Assembly (NCBI GenBank): GCA_964035575.1 | Contig: OZ037836.1 | Span: 372,001 to 436,000, forward strand | Reading direction: 5' to 3' | DNA from: Rhynchopus sp. YZ270_cl-10 | Lineage: Eukaryota | DNA: 64,000 nt | Shown here: one piece after another, positions 59,704 through 64,000 of the stretch | Layout: each line of letters starts with the position of its first letter | How positions within the stretch are numbered: position 1 is the first letter of the stretch | Notes under the pieces: model-generated | What the model was told of the DNA's origin: nothing | What the model saw: only the letters and a program-made list of their open reading frames with translations | Databases searched by the model: none | Position numbers and translations under genes: made by a program

Positions 59704-61009
59704 CTATGCAGCCTGGTCGTACATCTTCCTCATGACCGGGTGGCAGGTCCTCTCCAGCTTCCTCTGGGAGGACTGGAACTCCTCCTTGGTGGCCTCAGTG
59801 CCGCAGAGCTCGAGGGCACCGTTGCAGGCGTCCATGACCTTCTTCTTGTCGTCGTCGCCGACAAGCCCGCCGGTTCTGTCGTCCATGAGGGTGGTGACCA
59901 TCTGGTAGGCGTAGGTCTCGAGCTCGTGTCTGGCGTCGACACGCTCGCGTGCCTGCTTGTCGGCCTCAGCGAACTTCTCTGCGTCGTTGCACATGTCGTC
60001 AATCTCCTTCTGGGACAGACGGCCCTTGTCGTTGGTGATGGTGACCTGCGACTTCTTCCCGGTCGACTTGTCCTCGGCAGACACGTCCATGATGCCGTTC
60101 GCGTCGACGTCAAAGGTCACCTCAATCTGGGGCACGCCACGCGGGGCCGGCGGGATCCCGGTCAGGTCGAAGGTGCCGAGCTGGTGGCAGTCCTTCGTCA
60201 TCGCCCGCTCCCCCTCGAACACACAGATGTTCACCACAGGCTGGTTGTCCGCACACGTCGAGAACTCCTGGCTCTTCTTCGTCGGGATCGTCGTGTTCCT
60301 CTTGATCAGCGGTGTCATCACACCCCCGTCCGTCTCAATCCCCACAGTCAGGGGGGTCACGTCCAGCAGCAGGATCTGCTCCGTCTGCGTGCTCTTTCCT
60401 CCGGTCAGCACGAAGGCCTGCACCGCAGCGCCAAAGGCAACAGCCTCGTCGGGGTTGATCGACTTGTTCAGGTCCTTTCCGCCGAAGAAGTCCGACACCA
60501 TCGCCTGGATCTTCGGGATACGGGTCGATCCTCCGACCAGCACAACCTCCGTGATGGCCCGCTTCTCAATCTTCGAGTCGTTCAGCACAGACTCCACAGG
60601 GCGCAGGCACGACTTGAACAGGTCCGCGCACAGCTCCTCGAACTTCGCACGTGTGATCGACGAGTAGAAGTCCGTCCCCTCAAACAGCGAGTCGATCTCA
60701 ATGCTGGTCTGTGCCGCCGACGACAGCGCACGCTTGGCACGCTCACAGGCAGTGCGCAGACGGCGCAGCGCACGCTGGTTCGTCGTCAGGTCCTTCTTGT
60801 GCTTCTTCTTGAACTCCTCCACGAAGTGGTTCACCATCCGGTTGTCGAAGTCCTCGCCTCCCAAGTGGGTGTCTCCCGCAGTCGCCTTCACCTCGAAGAT
60901 CCCCCCGTCAATCGCCAGAAGCGTCACATCGAAGGTACCGCCACCCAGGTCGAAGATCAGGATGTTCTTCTGCCCCGCGCTCGCGTTGTCGAGTCCGTAG
61001 GCAATCGCC

Positions 61010-61041
<32 letters not shown>

Positions 61042-61548
61042 GTCCATCCCCGAGATCGCCCCTGCGTCCTTCGTCGCCTGACGCTGCGAGTCGTTGAAGT
61101 ACGCAGGCACAGTCACAACGCTCTTCTTCACCTCCTTCCCAAGGAACTGCTCCGCCGTCTCCTTCATCTTCACAAGGATCATCGCAGAGATCTCCTCAGG
61201 CCTGAACGTCTTCGTCGTCCCCATGAACGACACCTCAATCAGCGGCTTCCCGTCCTCCTTCGCCACAACCTTGAACGGCCAGTGCTTCATGTCGCTCTGC
61301 ACAGACGAGTCCTCCAGCTTGCGCCCGATCAGACGCTTCGCGTCGAACACCGTGTTCGTCGGGTTCATCGCCACCTGGTTCTTCGCCGCATCTCCGATCA
61401 GACGCTCGCTGTCTGCGAACGCCACGTACGACGGCGTCGTCCGGTTCCCCTGGTTGTTCGCAATGATCTCCACACGCTCGTTCTGCCACACTCCCACACA
61501 CGAGTAGGTCGTTCCCAAGTCAATACCGATGGCTCCGTCGTAGGACAT
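59704..61548 (-). CDS. HSP70: Atypical HSP70, copy 3 (614 aa)
   Basis: Protein identical to copy 1; ATG at 61548; TAG stop and 3' flank similar to copy 1. Confidence 0.97.
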
Positions 61549-62273
61549 TGTAGTGTTGTTTTGTGGTCTTTGGTTTTTGATAGAAAAAATAAGGTAAAAA
61601 GTGATGAGCTGTTTGTTGTGTGTGTTGTGTGTTGTGTGTGGGTGTTGGGGTGGGTAAGTGGTTGTGGGTATTGGGTGGTCAGAGGGTGGACACTTGGTTG
61701 GTGGACGGGAGAGTGTCAGTGTGGATGGTGTTGTGCGTTGGGGGGGGGGGATCTGCACAGATCGAGAATACGTGAAGAACACACGGGCAGAAGGAGACAA
61801 GAAGAAGGCAGACATGGTGCCACTGAGACGATAGAGGTGTAAGACAAAGGGGACACCTCTGTGTGCAGAACTGTATGCTGCAAGGCTGTGATGGGACGGG
61901 AGGGATGTCTCTCTCTCTGTGGGGGTGGACAAGTGGCTCAAAAGTACTAAAAAGTGCAAAATGGCATTTTTTATTCAGATTTTTAAATTTTTTGGCTTAT
62001 TATTTGGAAGAAATATTCGCCAGTTTTGTATTTTCATAACTTTTCAGTTTCTCTATCCTCAGCGATATGAAGCGCAAACACGCCGTTTTCAATTTAATTC
62101 GCCGACCGATACTGACTCACGAAGTTGCTGTGTTAAAAACTCCTTCCCGCAAACCCACAAACCCACAAACGAGAAGGGAGCAACCATTTGGCTAGCTGGT
62201 GTGGTTGATAGCAATATTGGTGTTAGTAATGTTCTGCTCGTATTTCTAAAAAATAAAACGTGTTCCCGTTTTT

Positions 62274-64000
62274 TTATCGTGGGTAGTATCTAGATCCAGT
62301 TCCAGGTGATTCCAGGTTTCTCAGATTTGTCTGGCTGTTGATCAGCTGGAGCTTTTGTAGATTATCCAACACGAAGGAGAGTGCCTCAACGCGGTCCTTG
62401 TCATTTATTTTTGACTCAGTCCCAGCGGCGGTGACCGTATTCGCCTTCTTCGTGAAGACACGCTTGCTGAGAGGCGTGGTGCACGTTAGGTCCTTCGCCA
62501 GCGACAAGCAGAACATGATGTCCTCACCCTGCTTTGTGGCGAGCTGCCACTTCTTCTTTTCCTTCCCATCTGCCAAGCTATCGGGCTGATACGCTGTCTC
62601 CAACTCTGAAAGGGCCTGTGGGTCGGCCACGCGTAGGGGGTGCGGTGTGAAGAAGGCATTGCGGCACTTGTCGACGTCGTACAGGATAGCCTGCTCCAAG
62701 TGGGCGCTCATGCAAAAGGGTTCCTTCGGGGGGTACTTCCTGTGGGCCCAGCGTGCAGGGGAGCCCGCGGGGCACTTTGCTTCGCTTAAGATGGGAAGCC
62801 ATTTTTCCACCAGGCCCCACACGCCAGGAACTGTAATTTTGTCGCCCCACTTCAGCTTCCACGTCAGCTGCCACTTCGGCTTCGGCTTCAGCTTCAACTT
62901 CGGCTTCAGCTTCAGCTCTGGCTTCAGCTTCAGCTTCAGCTTCAGCTCTGGCTTCAGCTTCAACTTCGGCTTCGGCTTCAGCTCCGGCTTCAGCTCTGGC
63001 TTCAGCTCTGGCTTCAGCTCTGGCTTCAGCTCTGGCTTCAGCTCTGGCTTCAGCTCTGGCTTCAGCTCTGGCTTCAGCTCTGGCTTCAGCTCTGGCTTCA
63101 GCTCTGGCTTCAGCTTCAACTTCGGCTTCGGCTTCAGCTTCAGCTCTCGCTTCAGCTCAGGCGTGCACTCTGCGAACTCCTCAACGTTGTCATCAACCTG
63201 AAGCGCGTAGCGCACCCCCATGGGCCAGCACACTTCCTCGACGAAAGCCTTCATCACCTCACGGACCATGGGGATGCCGCGGCCACCCCACGGCAGCCGC
63301 ACGAGCACGTGGCGCGCAGGTGGACGCGGAGGATGCAGTGCAGACTGTGGAGACTTCCGAATCTGCCCAATACGTGTTCTAAACGCATCAACCTCGCCAG
63401 GCTCGCAGAAGACGATGACGGGGTACGGACACAACCCGTCGTCGCACCAGAGGTTCGGTTTGAAGTTCTCGTGGCGGCGATGCAGCACGGAGGGCACGCA
63501 CACAACAACTTTGTCCTCAAATTGCGCCGTGGCCTTGGTGAGAAACTGATTCATCGTTGAGGGAACATAAAACTTGAAATGATCACGCTGCCAGATGTGC
63601 GAAGTCTCCACCAGAGGCACGCCGTCGCATGTACGGCAGTCGTTCACAACCTTCTCGCCGAACTTGTTCCCAGCGGAATCAACAGCAGGTGTCAGTTCCT
63701 TCTTCTCAAGTCCCTCACCCATGCACGGAACGTCATCACGAACACTCTCTGCGATCGCGCCCACCTGGGTGATGTCCGAGTCTGGGATGCCAAGACAATT
63801 CTCCCGGGTAACACTGGTGTCAGAGTGCATATGGTTCGGTGCCTGGCCCCTGGCGAGCTCAAGTAATTTTTTTTGATTTCGGGTCATTTTGCGGGGCTTC
63901 GTTCCCACGTCAAGACCTCTGAAACTCTCTGGTGTCATGTCGGTATCACCCAAGTCACGAAGAGCTGCAATGGCGTCGTCCTTCTGCGACTTCGTCTTCG
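62274..64000 (-). CDS. Family linker fused to a GREB1/TAGT/JGT-like GT-A glycosyltransferase domain with a (KPEL/KLKP)n insert; 5' end beyond the window
   Basis: Frame open to the edge: KTKSQKDDAIAALRDLGDTDMTPESFRGL then unrelated sequence; motifs VCVPS..HR, IVFCEPGE, LVRLP..GRGIPMVR, ALQVDDNV, QAILYD, GEDIMFC in the TAGT order. Confidence 0.65.
   Translation of the reverse strand, partial: KTKSQKDDAIAALRDLGDTDMTPESFRGLDVGTKPRKMTRNQKKLLELARGQAPNHMHSDTSVTRENCLGIPDSDITQVGAIAESVRDDVPCMGEGLEKKELTPAVDSAGNKFGEKVVNDCRTCDGVPLVETSHIWQRDHFKFYVPSTMNQFLTKATAQFEDKVVVCVPSVLHRRHENFKPNLWCDDGLCPYPVIVFCEPGEVDAFRTRIGQIRKSPQSALHPPRPPARHVLVRLPWGGRGIPMVREVMKAFVEEVCWPMGVRYALQVDDNVEEFAECTPELKRELKLKPKPKLKLKPELKPELKPELKPELKPELKPELKPELKPELKPELKPELKPELKPKPKLKLKPELKLKLKLKPELKLKPKLKLKPKPKWQLTWKLKWGDKITVPGVWGLVEKWLPILSEAKCPAGSPARWAHRKYPPKEPFCMSAHLEQAILYDVDKCRNAFFTPHPLRVADPQALSELETAYQPDSLADGKEKKKWQLATKQGEDIMFCLSLAKDLTCTTPLSKRVFTKKANTVTAAGTESKINDKDRVEALSFVLDNLQKLQLINSQTNLRNLESPGTGSRYYPR

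Overview
Eukaryotic, AT/GC-mosaic, apparently intron-less region in which every recognisable intact gene lies on the minus strand. That layout and the HSP70 N-terminus ([31 protein letters not shown]) suggest a euglenozoan, probably a diplonemid or kinetoplastid (inference). The window is dominated by an expanded, mosaic gene family of about 13 copies: 9 intact, 1 cut by the left edge and 3 disrupted. Each encodes an N-terminal ubiquitin-like domain, a helical linker, 5-14 BspA/TpLRR-like 24-aa leucine-rich repeats and an invariant C-terminal CaaX box (CVCM). The same UBL+linker module also occurs in three other arrangements: (i) a second LRR subfamily ending in a basic NLS-like tail, (ii) an in-frame fusion to a 5'-truncated non-LTR retrotransposon with a C-terminal PIP box, and (iii) the linker (UBL presumably just beyond the right edge) fused to a GREB1/TAGT/base-J-glucosyltransferase-like domain. 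Interspersed are three near-identical atypical cytosolic HSP70 genes (no GGMP/EEVD tail, both substrate-arch residues changed), a GT23/FUT8-like fucosyltransferase and a CUB-like/mucin type I membrane protein. There are also many TSD-defined non-autonomous elements, a ~44-bp satellite and an 848-bp perfect (TTG)n tract. All assignments come from reading motifs by eye; no database searches were run.
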